This document shows, one piece after another, positions 47,711 through 55,118 of a stretch of 64,000 nucleotides of DNA; positions within the stretch are counted from its first letter, which is position 1; the number at the start of each line of letters is the position of its first letter. The stretch spans positions 78,732 to 142,731 of the forward strand of contig JBBDNM010000026.1 in NCBI GenBank assembly GCA_040877595.1. The letters are read 5' to 3'. Source of the stretch: Gemmatimonadales bacterium (GTDB taxonomy: Bacteria > Gemmatimonadota > Gemmatimonadetes > Gemmatimonadales > GWC2-71-9). The translations under genes were made by a program, and so were the position numbers. The notes under the pieces are model-generated. The model had not been told where the DNA came from. It ran no database searches and saw only the letters and a list, made by a program, of their open reading frames with translations.

Positions 47711-48631
47711 ATGGCCGTAGCAAAGAGCTCCGCAGCGAAGAAGAAAAAGGCTCCCGCCAAGTCCAAGGCGTTCTTTCGAGCCAGTCCATCCGGCGCGTTT
47801 GACCAGTATCTCCACGACATCCAGAAACTGCCCCTCATCAAGGATCCGCTCGAAGAGCGACGGCTTGCGCGCCTTGCCCAGAACGGTGATCCGACCGCGG
47901 CAGAACGCCTGGTAACCGCGAACCTGCGGTTCGTGATCTCGTACGTGAAGAAGTATCAGGGTCACGGCCTCGACTTGTCGGAACTGGTGGCGATCGGCAA
48001 CGAGGGTCTGCTCAAGGCGGTCAAGAAGTTCGACCCCGACCAGGGTGTCAAATTCATCTCGTACGCCGTGTGGTGGGTGCGGCAGGCGGTGCTCAAGGCG
48101 TTGGCCGAGCAAACGCGCTCCGTCCGTATCCCGCTCAACCAGAACAGCCAGCTCATCCGCATGTCCCGTACCGAGACCTACCTCACGCAGGAACTCGGAC
48201 GCGAGCCCACCGACAAGGAAATCGCCAAGGCGCTCGAAGAGACGGAAACCAACGTGCGGGCCGCACGACGGATGACGGCCGCCGAGATCTCGCTGGATGC
48301 GCCGATTGATCGGAGCGACAAGGATGCGGCGACGGTCGGCGAGCGCTTTGCCGGTCAGGAAGGCTCGGACATTGAAGAAGGCACCGACAAGACCCTCCAG
48401 CGCGAGTTTATTGACAGCATCTTCCAGAAGTACCTCACGCCGCGCGAGCGCAAGATCCTGTATCTCTACTATGGCCTCGACGAAGGCGCCGAGGGCATGA
48501 CGTTGGAGCGGATTGGCGAGCTGATGGGCGTCACCCGCGAACGGATCCGCCAGATACGGGAACGGGCCTTCGAGAAGTTGCGCCAGAGCCCGCACGGAAA
48601 GGCCCTCGCGGCATTCTGGGTCGCGGCATAG
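47711..48631 (+). CDS. sigma-70 family RNA polymerase sigma factor (group 1/2-like, short, Lys-rich N-tail)
   Basis: MAVAKSSAAKKKKAPAKSK... Region 2 NLRFVISYVKKYQGHGLDLSELVAIGNEGLLKAVKKFDPDQGVKFISYAVWWVRQAV. Region 4 TLERIGELMGVTRERIRQIRERAFEKLR. Confidence 0.9.
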   Translation: MAVAKSSAAKKKKAPAKSKAFFRASPSGAFDQYLHDIQKLPLIKDPLEERRLARLAQNGDPTAAERLVTANLRFVISYVKKYQGHGLDLSELVAIGNEGLLKAVKKFDPDQGVKFISYAVWWVRQAVLKALAEQTRSVRIPLNQNSQLIRMSRTETYLTQELGREPTDKEIAKALEETETNVRAARRMTAAEISLDAPIDRSDKDAATVGERFAGQEGSDIEEGTDKTLQREFIDSIFQKYLTPRERKILYLYYGLDEGAEGMTLERIGELMGVTRERIRQIRERAFEKLRQSPHGKALAAFWVAA

Positions 48632-50037
48632 ACGCCGCGCTGCAGTCCGCGCTGATCGCCCAGGTCGGTGAACGGCATGTCCGTTCCCGACCTGCGCTTT
48701 TAGCGACCTATGCGCGCGATGCGCTGCCCACGCTCGTCCGGCGTCCGGCCTTCGCCATCTTTCCCGGCTCGCGCGATGAGGTGGCCGGCGTTCTCAGGAT
48801 TCTTCACCACTACGGCGTTCCGTTCGTCGCGCGCGGGGCCGGCACCGGTCTCTCGGGCGGTGCGTTGGCCGACCGCGACGCCGCCCTGATCGTGCTGACC
48901 CGGCTCAACCGGATTCTCGAGATCGACTCCTACAACCGCTCGGCCCTGGTCGAACCCGGCCTGGTGAACGCCACGCTATCGGCGGCGGTGGCGCCCCTGG
49001 GCCTGCATTACGCCCCGGACCCTTCCAGCCAGACGGCGTGCACCCTCGGCGGCAACGTGGCCGAGAACGCCGGCGGGCCGCACTGCTTCAAGTACGGGGT
49101 GACCACCAACCACATACTCGAACTTGAGGTCGTCCTCCCCGACGGCACGGTGACCACGCTGGGGTCGCCGAGCGGCGCATCGTGGGGGCCGGACCTGGTG
49201 GGCCTGTTTGTTGGCTCTGAGGGAATGTTCGGCATCGCCACCGCTATTCGGGTTCGGCTGGTGCCCCTGCCGGGCGCCGTGCGGACGCTGCTCGCCGCCT
49301 TTCCCACGCTCCGCTCGGCCGGAGCCGCGGTTTCGGCGATCATTGAGGGAGGGATCGTGCCGGCCGCGCTCGAGATGATGGACCAGACCTGCATTCGTGT
49401 GGTCGAAGCTTCGCGCTATGCCGCAGGCTACCCGACCGATGCGGCGGCGGTCCTGATTGTCGAGCTGGACGGACCGGAGGCCGACGCCTTGGATCACCAG
49501 GTGCCGGCCGTCGAGGCCATTCTCCGGCGCGCCGGAGCCACCGAGGTACGGGTAGCAGCGGACCCTGCCGCGCGCGAGCGGCTCTGGCAGGGACGCAAGA
49601 AGGCGTTCGGGGCGCTGGGGCGCCTGAGCCCCGATCTCATGGTGCAGGACGCCGTCGTGCCTCGCACGGCATTACCGGACGTCTTGGACGCCATCAGCGC
49701 AATTGGCGAGCGACACGGTCTCACGATAGGGAACGTCTTTCATGCGGGGGACGGCAACCTGCACCCCAATATCTGCTTTGACGGGGCCGACCCCGCCGAG
49801 CGGGGCCGCGCCGAAGAGGCGATGGGGGAGATCATGGCCCTCTGCGTCGGGGCGGGTGGGACCATAACGGGGGAGCATGGTGTAGGGCTGGATAAGCTCA
49901 GGTACATGACCACCATATTCTCGCCAACGACCTTGGGCGCCATGCGCGCCGTACGGCGGGTTTTCGATGTCCAGGAGCGAGCAAACCCGGGAAAGGTTCT
50001 CCCGATACATTCCTGTCGGGAATGGGGAGGGAGGTAG
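48613..50037 (+). CDS. glcD: glycolate oxidase FAD-linked subunit GlcD (start codon unresolved)
   Basis: FVARGAGTGLSGGALA and the FAD-binding-4 fold. The in-frame translation upstream of the track start (GTG 48781) reads DAALQSALIAQVGERHVRSRPALLATYARDALPTLVRRPAFAIFPGSRDEV. This matches GlcD N-termini, but no ATG/GTG/TTG exists in frame after the stop at 48307-48309. 48613 (ATT) is a placeholder. Confidence 0.8.
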   Translation: MLGRGIDAALQSALIAQVGERHVRSRPALLATYARDALPTLVRRPAFAIFPGSRDEVAGVLRILHHYGVPFVARGAGTGLSGGALADRDAALIVLTRLNRILEIDSYNRSALVEPGLVNATLSAAVAPLGLHYAPDPSSQTACTLGGNVAENAGGPHCFKYGVTTNHILELEVVLPDGTVTTLGSPSGASWGPDLVGLFVGSEGMFGIATAIRVRLVPLPGAVRTLLAAFPTLRSAGAAVSAIIEGGIVPAALEMMDQTCIRVVEASRYAAGYPTDAAAVLIVELDGPEADALDHQVPAVEAILRRAGATEVRVAADPAARERLWQGRKKAFGALGRLSPDLMVQDAVVPRTALPDVLDAISAIGERHGLTIGNVFHAGDGNLHPNICFDGADPAERGRAEEAMGEIMALCVGAGGTITGEHGVGLDKLRYMTTIFSPTTLGAMRAVRRVFDVQERANPGKVLPIHSCREWGGR

Positions 50038-50144
50038 AAAAGATGAAAAGATGAAGAGTGGAAGAGTGGAAGAGTGGAAGAGTTGGTGGACGAGTGGAAG
50101 AGCGGAAGAGTTGGTGAAAGGGTGAAAGGGTGAAAGGGTTGGAT
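50037..50144. repeat. 108-nt array of 8-bp tandem units (GAAAAGAT x2, GAAGAGTK x4, GAAGAGCG, GAAGAGTT, GGTGAAAG x3, GGTTGGAT)
   Basis: Starts at the last base of the glcD stop codon and ends 6 nt before the four-helix-bundle gene stop. Only two C residues on the + strand. One 12-nt irregular unit, GGTGGACGAGTG. Confidence 0.95.
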
Positions 50145-50150
50145 AGGGAC

Positions 50151-50524
50151 TCATTCCAAGGATTGGCGCAGGAACCAGCAGAGCGTTCCCGCGTGGTTTC
50201 GTTGTCCGTCGAGGTCACGCCATTGATCCGGGGTGAGGTAACCGACATCCCGGGCAAGTAGTAGCCAGTTACCAACCTCATTCAATGAGGTAATTGCAAT
50301 GGACAGATACCGACGAAACTCCCGCTTGGTGGGCTTAGCGCTGCCCTCAGCGATATTGGCGCCAGCAGACGACGCTGCCCGACGCAATTGGGATGTCAGC
50401 CCTACTTCTCCGTCTCAGGAAACGAGCCTGTGACATGATAGAGCTGAACCGTCAGGGCGTGAGTTTCACCAACATTTCCACCCTTCAACTCTTCAACCCT
50501 TAGACTCTTCAAATGGAGGCCCAT
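50151..50524 (-). pseudogene. four-helix-bundle protein gene (TIGR02436/PF05635, 23S rRNA IVS protein/Avd family), frameshifted
   Basis: C-terminal frame: (V)GLTSQLRRAASSAGANIAEGSAKPTKREFRRYLSIAITSLNEVGNWLLLARDVGYL. N-terminal frame: MGLHLKSL...THALTVQLYHVTGSFPETEK, then TAG. The family motif FP..E(K/R)YGLTSQ is restored by adding one base in the TA- codon near 50403. The N-terminal 20 codons overlap the right-hand repeat array. Confidence 0.8.
50463..50518. repeat. 8-bp unit array, reverse-complement partner of the 50037-50144 array
   Basis: GTTTCACC AACATTTC CACCCTTC AACTCTTC AACCCTTA GACTCTTC AAATGGAG. AACTCTTC and GACTCTTC are reverse complements of GAAGAGTT and GAAGAGTC. GTTTCACC is the reverse complement of GGTGAAAC. 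Confidence 0.85.
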
Positions 50525-50903
50525 GATCCCTACACGTTGGAGAACGTTGTTCGACGAGCAGCTGGAGGATGCGGTCCACCGTTTACAGGAAGCGCGGAAA
50601 CACCTGGCATCCGGTGATGGCGCACGCGCCATGCAGGGGGCCTATCAGGCGACCGTGACGGCCGCCAGCATTCGGGTGTGGATGCAGAAGCATCCGTGGG
50701 ACACCACGTTGCCGGCGGACGAAATGCAACGCCGGGCCGTGGCCGAGTTTCCCACGGGGTTCGCCTCGATGGCGACCCTTGACCTGCCGAGCTTGTTGCG
50801 CGGATTCTGGTCGCCCGACGCGGCGCTACCGTATGTGTCCGAAACGGAGGCCTTTGTGCAGGCAACGCGTGACCAGTTCGACTCGGGGGTGGCTGCGGCC
50901 TGA
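50523..50903 (+). CDS. hypothetical helical protein (HEPN-like N-terminal pattern)
   Basis: 126-aa ORF with coding-like GC3. LEDAVHRLQEARKHLASGDGARAMQGAYQATVTAASIRVWM resembles the HEPN helix 1-2 pattern. Its ATG (50523-50525) overlaps the - strand ATG of the four-helix-bundle gene (CCATGATCC). Confidence 0.5.
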   Translation: MIPTRWRTLFDEQLEDAVHRLQEARKHLASGDGARAMQGAYQATVTAASIRVWMQKHPWDTTLPADEMQRRAVAEFPTGFASMATLDLPSLLRGFWSPDAALPYVSETEAFVQATRDQFDSGVAAA

Positions 50904-50968
50904 CCGCCGGGGCCGGCGCCGCGGAGGATGCGGCGCCGGACGGCACCCCACGCGTTGCGCCTCGGTCG

Positions 50969-51736
50969 GTGCATGGCATGGCCCGACTGCTCCAGGCCGC
51001 CACCCGCGAACGGTGGCGGGTCCGGGTGGAGCACGATGCGTGGTCCCCGCTGGACGCACCGGCCGACCTGGCCGTCAGCACGCGACTGTTCGACGCTGTT
51101 CGGGACCCCTCACCCGCGGATCAGGTGGTCACGGCCGGCGCCGGCGCGCCCATCGAGGCGGTCGGTCTCCAGGCTCCCGGCACCCGTCGTACCGTCGGCA
51201 GTGCGCTCGCCGTTGGCGCCGATCACGTTCGCGATGAGGTCCTCGGGCTTACCGCAGTCACCGGCGACGGACGGATCCTTACGGTCGGTGGACGCGTCCT
51301 CAAGAATGTCGCCGGGTACGACCTGGCCAAGTTGTTCATCGGCGGGTTCGATGCGTTCGGTGTCATTGTCGAAGCACACCTCCGCCTGCGTGACCGACTA
51401 CCACTCCACGACAACCCCACCGGACCAGTCGTGCTGAGCGTCGGCGCACTGCGGACCCAGCATGACTTGGCTATCACGCTGCTCGCCGCCGAGTTGCCAC
51501 CGCACCAGACGCTCACCACGCAGGACGGCGTGCGCTGGTCGGGCACGGCGGACGCCGCCGCCCTGCGGCGCGCGCGCGCTGCCTGCGCCCGACACCACAT
51601 GCCGCTCACGCTCGAGCGCGCGCCGTGGACTGTCCGATCAACCGTGGGTGTGCACGGCTCCTTCCGCGATGGGGTCGCGCCGCTCGTGGACGGGTTGCGG
51701 CGGTCGTTTGATCCGGCCGGGGTGTTCGTTGTCTAG
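50969..51736 (+). CDS. glcE: glycolate oxidase subunit GlcE (compact, divergent)
   Basis: VRDEVLGLTAVTGDGRILTVGGRVLKNVAGYDLAKLFIGGFDAFGVIVEAHLRLR. C-terminal FDPAGVFV. Start is GTG 50969 or ATG 50978. Confidence 0.75.
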   Translation: MHGMARLLQAATRERWRVRVEHDAWSPLDAPADLAVSTRLFDAVRDPSPADQVVTAGAGAPIEAVGLQAPGTRRTVGSALAVGADHVRDEVLGLTAVTGDGRILTVGGRVLKNVAGYDLAKLFIGGFDAFGVIVEAHLRLRDRLPLHDNPTGPVVLSVGALRTQHDLAITLLAAELPPHQTLTTQDGVRWSGTADAAALRRARAACARHHMPLTLERAPWTVRSTVGVHGSFRDGVAPLVDGLRRSFDPAGVFVV

Positions 51737-52931
51737 CGGGTACGCCGGGCTGGATCCGTGCGTGCATTGCGGGTTCTGTTTGCCCGCGTGCCCGACGTAC
51801 ACCGTAACCGGCAACGAGGCGGACAGTCCGCGCGGCCGCATTGTGCTGATGCAAGGCCTGGCCCGCGGCACGCTCGCCCCGACGGACGACACCGTCGCGC
51901 ATCACCTCGACCGCTGCCTCGGGTGTCGCGCCTGCGAACCCGCGTGCCCGTCGGGCGTGCAGTACGGTACCGCCCTCGAGGCAGCCCGCACGGACATCGC
52001 GACGGCACATGGAGTGCCGTGGCGGGCGCGGCTGGTATTGTTCCTGATGGCGCATGCGCCGTTGCGCCGCGTGGTGTTCTGGTGTGCGCGGCTGGTGCGG
52101 CCGTTCCTCCCGATCCGGATGCTCCAGGCAACGACCCCATGGCGGGGGGGCGGGAAGGCGGGACGGACGCGTCTTCCCGCCTTCCCGCGTTCACGCCCTT
52201 CCGCCTTGTTCCTCGGCTGCATCCAGCGTGAACTGTTTGGTCATGTGCATGACGCCACGCGCATCACGCTGGCCGCGAACGGCTACGCGTGCACTGCGGC
52301 GAACGGCCAAGGCTGTTGTGGCGCGCTGCATGCCCATGCGGGCCGTCACGACGACGCGCGCCGCCTCGCGCGGGTCAACGTGCTGGCCTTCCGCGACACC
52401 GAAGGACCCATCGTCGTGAACAGTGCCGGCTGCGGCGCGATGCTCAAACAGTACGGTTCATTGCTTGCCGACGACCCCTTGGCCGCGGACGCACGCCGCG
52501 TAGCCGACCGTGTGCGCGACGTGATGGAGGTGCTGGCCGAAGCGGGGCCGGCGCCAGGAGGTCCGCTCGCAGTCCGCGTGGCGTACGACGCGCCGTGCCA
52601 TTTGCAGCACGCGCAGGGCGTGGTCACCGAACCCCTGGCAGTACTTGCGGCTATTCCGGGACTCAGGGTGGTACCGCACGCCGGAGCTGATCGGTGTTGC
52701 GGCAGCGCGGGATTGTACAGCCTGCTCGAGCCGGCGCTCGCGGGTGAGGTTCTGGCCGGCAAGCTGGACGCGCTGGTGGCGAGCGATGTGGATGCCGTCG
52801 CTACGGGGAACCCGGGATGTCAGATGCAGATCGGCGCCGGATTGGCTGCCCGGGGCGTCGCGACGGCGGTCTGCCACCCTGTGGAACTGCTTGCTGCGAG
52901 CTACCGGTCCCGGGGGATACATTCTCCGTGA
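51729..52931 (+). CDS. glcF: glycolate oxidase iron-sulfur subunit GlcF
   Basis: TTG at 51729 overlaps the glcE end by 8 nt. Two ferredoxin-type clusters, CVHCGFCLPACPTY and CLGCRACEPACPSG. CCG domains with CCGSAG. Confidence 0.85.
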   Translation: MSSGYAGLDPCVHCGFCLPACPTYTVTGNEADSPRGRIVLMQGLARGTLAPTDDTVAHHLDRCLGCRACEPACPSGVQYGTALEAARTDIATAHGVPWRARLVLFLMAHAPLRRVVFWCARLVRPFLPIRMLQATTPWRGGGKAGRTRLPAFPRSRPSALFLGCIQRELFGHVHDATRITLAANGYACTAANGQGCCGALHAHAGRHDDARRLARVNVLAFRDTEGPIVVNSAGCGAMLKQYGSLLADDPLAADARRVADRVRDVMEVLAEAGPAPGGPLAVRVAYDAPCHLQHAQGVVTEPLAVLAAIPGLRVVPHAGADRCCGSAGLYSLLEPALAGEVLAGKLDALVASDVDAVATGNPGCQMQIGAGLAARGVATAVCHPVELLAASYRSRGIHSP

Positions 52932-53935
52932 TGAGTGACACCCTGCTCGCGGCGCCTCGGGTCCTGGATGCCGAGGCCCTGCCGTCGGCCGTGGCCGAGG
53001 CGGTGCTGGACCGTGCCCTGGCCGCCCCCGTGGATGCCGTGATCCTGGATATCGTGGGACCGGGTGCGGTGGCGAGTCTGCAGGGATTGCTCACCACGGA
53101 CGTAGAGAAGCCCGGTGACGGTGGGCATGCCTATGGCGCAATTCTGACGCCCAAGGGCATGATCTTGAGTGACTTGTGGATCTGGCGCGAGGCGGCGGGA
53201 GCGACGCTCGTGATCCCGCCCGAAGGCGCTGACGCGGTGCGGGAAATCTTCACGCGTTCCCTGCCTCCCCGACTGGCCAGGGTGTCGGAACGAGCCGGCA
53301 TGGTCCTCCTGCGGGTGGCGGGTCCCGAGACGGTGGCGGCGCTCGCGCGGGTGGGCCTCACCGTGCCGGAACCCGGACGCATCCAGGCTGCCATCACGGA
53401 TGGCATCCCACTCCACATCGCGCGGCCGACTGGGCCTGCCGCCTTCATCGCCGACCTGCTGATCGCTCAGGAGCATTTGGAAACGTTGCGCCGGCGGCTC
53501 GCGCGGGCCGGTGTCATGGTGAACGCGCCCTCAGGCTTGGAACTGGCGCGGGTACTGGCCGGCTGGCCGCGCCTTGGCGTGGAGATCGGCGACAAGACGC
53601 TGCCACAGGAAGTGCGTCTTGACGAGATCGGCGGAGTCTCGTACACCAAGGGCTGCTACACCGGGCAGGAGACCGTGGCGCGCGTGCACTTCCGTGGCCA
53701 TCCCAATCGCCACCTGGTGGGATTGATCTGGGACGGCGTTCCGAACGGTGCCATTCCGGACATCACGCAGGACGATCAGCCACGCGGACGTGTAGGCACT
53801 GTGCTGTGGCTCGAGCCCGTCGAGCGGTGGATCGGCCTCGCATTGCTTCGTCGAGAAGTGGCGCTCGACCGGCCCGTACTCGCGGCCGGCGCCGAGGCCA
53901 CCGTTGTGGAGTTGCCGTTCCGGATTGACCCATGA
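52931..53935 (+). CDS. ygfZ: YgfZ/GcvT-like folate-binding protein
   Basis: ATG at 52931 overlaps the glcF TGA. Signature YTKGCYTGQETVARVHFRGHPNR. Confidence 0.82.
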   Translation: MSDTLLAAPRVLDAEALPSAVAEAVLDRALAAPVDAVILDIVGPGAVASLQGLLTTDVEKPGDGGHAYGAILTPKGMILSDLWIWREAAGATLVIPPEGADAVREIFTRSLPPRLARVSERAGMVLLRVAGPETVAALARVGLTVPEPGRIQAAITDGIPLHIARPTGPAAFIADLLIAQEHLETLRRRLARAGVMVNAPSGLELARVLAGWPRLGVEIGDKTLPQEVRLDEIGGVSYTKGCYTGQETVARVHFRGHPNRHLVGLIWDGVPNGAIPDITQDDQPRGRVGTVLWLEPVERWIGLALLRREVALDRPVLAAGAEATVVELPFRIDP

Positions 53936-55110
53936 AGTGGACCGGCCCCGGGCCCGGGGCCGTGGTCGCCGCCGCGTTCATCGGACCAGGAACAGTCACC
54001 ACCGCCACCCTCGCAGGCGCACGCACCGGTAGTGCCCTGCTCTGGTGCGTCGCGTTTGCGACGGTCGCCACCATCGTGTTGCAGGAGATGGCGGCGCGGC
54101 TGGGGATCGTGACGGGTGCTGGCATTGGAGCGGGCCTCAGTCGGGCGGGCGGGAAGGCGGGAAAGGGGCTGGCTTGGCTCGCGGTCGTCTCGGTGCTGGT
54201 GGGCGTCGTGGCGTACGAGGCCGGCAACCTGACCGGCGCGGGGTTGGGCCTTGGAGCCGCCGCGGGTGTGCAGCCAAAGTACGTCGTGCTGGTCTCGGCA
54301 GTACTCGCGGGGTTGCTGCTGTGGTCGGGACGCTATCGGCTGATTGAGCGTGTGCTCGTGGTATGCGTCGCCATCATGGGGCTCGTCTTCTTTGCCACGG
54401 CCTTGATGGTGCTGCCCTCGGTGCCGGGACTGCTGCGCGGCCTCACGATTCCCTCCCTGCCTGATGGCGCCACGCTCACCGCGCTGGGCCTGGTCGGCAC
54501 GACCATCGTCCCGTACAACCTGTTCCTGCATGCCGCGGCGGTGAACGAGCGGTTCAGCGGACAGGCCGACCTGCAGGCCGTGCGTCGTGATCTCTACTGG
54601 TCGGTGGCGTTGGGCGGCGTGATTACCGCCGCGATCGTGGTCACGGCCGCGGCGGCGCTGGACGGTGCCGCCGTTCGCTCAGCGGGCGACATGGCGGGAC
54701 AGTTGGAACCGTTGCTGGGCCCTTGGGCATCGCGCGCGTTCACGCTGGGCCTGGCGGCCGCCGGGCTGTCCTCCGCGATCACCGCTCCGCTCGCCGCAGC
54801 GTACGCGCTGCTTGACCTGTTGGGTCGCGGCCGCGCCACCACGCACGTGGTTGCACGCGCGACGTTCCTGACGGCGCTGGCCGTCGGCGCGGCCATTGCC
54901 TACGTCGGCACGCGCCCGGTTCCGTTGATTCTCGCGGCGCAGGCGCTGAACGGATTGATGTTGCCGCTGGTGGCAGCGGCGCTCTTGGTGGCAATGAACT
55001 CGCGTACGTTGCTCGGTGACGCGGTCAACGGTGGGTGGCGCAACATGGCTGGTGTTGCGGTTGTGCTGTTGTGTGCGGCGCTCGGCATCCGCGCTATCGC
55101 GGCGCTCTAG
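53932..55110 (+). CDS. Nramp-family transporter with non-canonical metal-site residues
   Basis: ATGA overlap with ygfZ. FIGPGTVTTATLAG aligns to the MntH motif IDPGNFATNIQAG. LQEMAARLGIVTG. GTTIVPYNLFLHAAAV aligns to GATVMPHVIYLHS. Confidence 0.8.
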   Translation: MKWTGPGPGAVVAAAFIGPGTVTTATLAGARTGSALLWCVAFATVATIVLQEMAARLGIVTGAGIGAGLSRAGGKAGKGLAWLAVVSVLVGVVAYEAGNLTGAGLGLGAAAGVQPKYVVLVSAVLAGLLLWSGRYRLIERVLVVCVAIMGLVFFATALMVLPSVPGLLRGLTIPSLPDGATLTALGLVGTTIVPYNLFLHAAAVNERFSGQADLQAVRRDLYWSVALGGVITAAIVVTAAAALDGAAVRSAGDMAGQLEPLLGPWASRAFTLGLAAAGLSSAITAPLAAAYALLDLLGRGRATTHVVARATFLTALAVGAAIAYVGTRPVPLILAAQALNGLMLPLVAAALLVAMNSRTLLGDAVNGGWRNMAGVAVVLLCAALGIRAIAAL

Positions 55111-55118
55111 CGAGGCGC

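Noticed and set aside
50037-50518. CRISPR array?
   Set aside because: Units are only 7-8 bp and directly abutting, with no unique spacers of 25-40 bp. No cas genes are in the window. The same applies to the heptamer loci at 10470, 11008, 36019 and 61325.
50151-50524. Diversity-generating retroelement, because the four-helix-bundle protein is of the Avd-related family
   Set aside because: No reverse transcriptase gene and no template/variable repeat pair with adenine-specific mismatches are visible anywhere in the window. The gene is also frameshifted.
50969-51736. glcE as a truncated pseudogene (only 255 aa)
   Set aside because: By-eye alignment to E. coli GlcE covers both the N-terminal region and the C-terminal FDP.GVF end. 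It looks like a compact, divergent but intact subunit. I cannot exclude loss of FAD binding.
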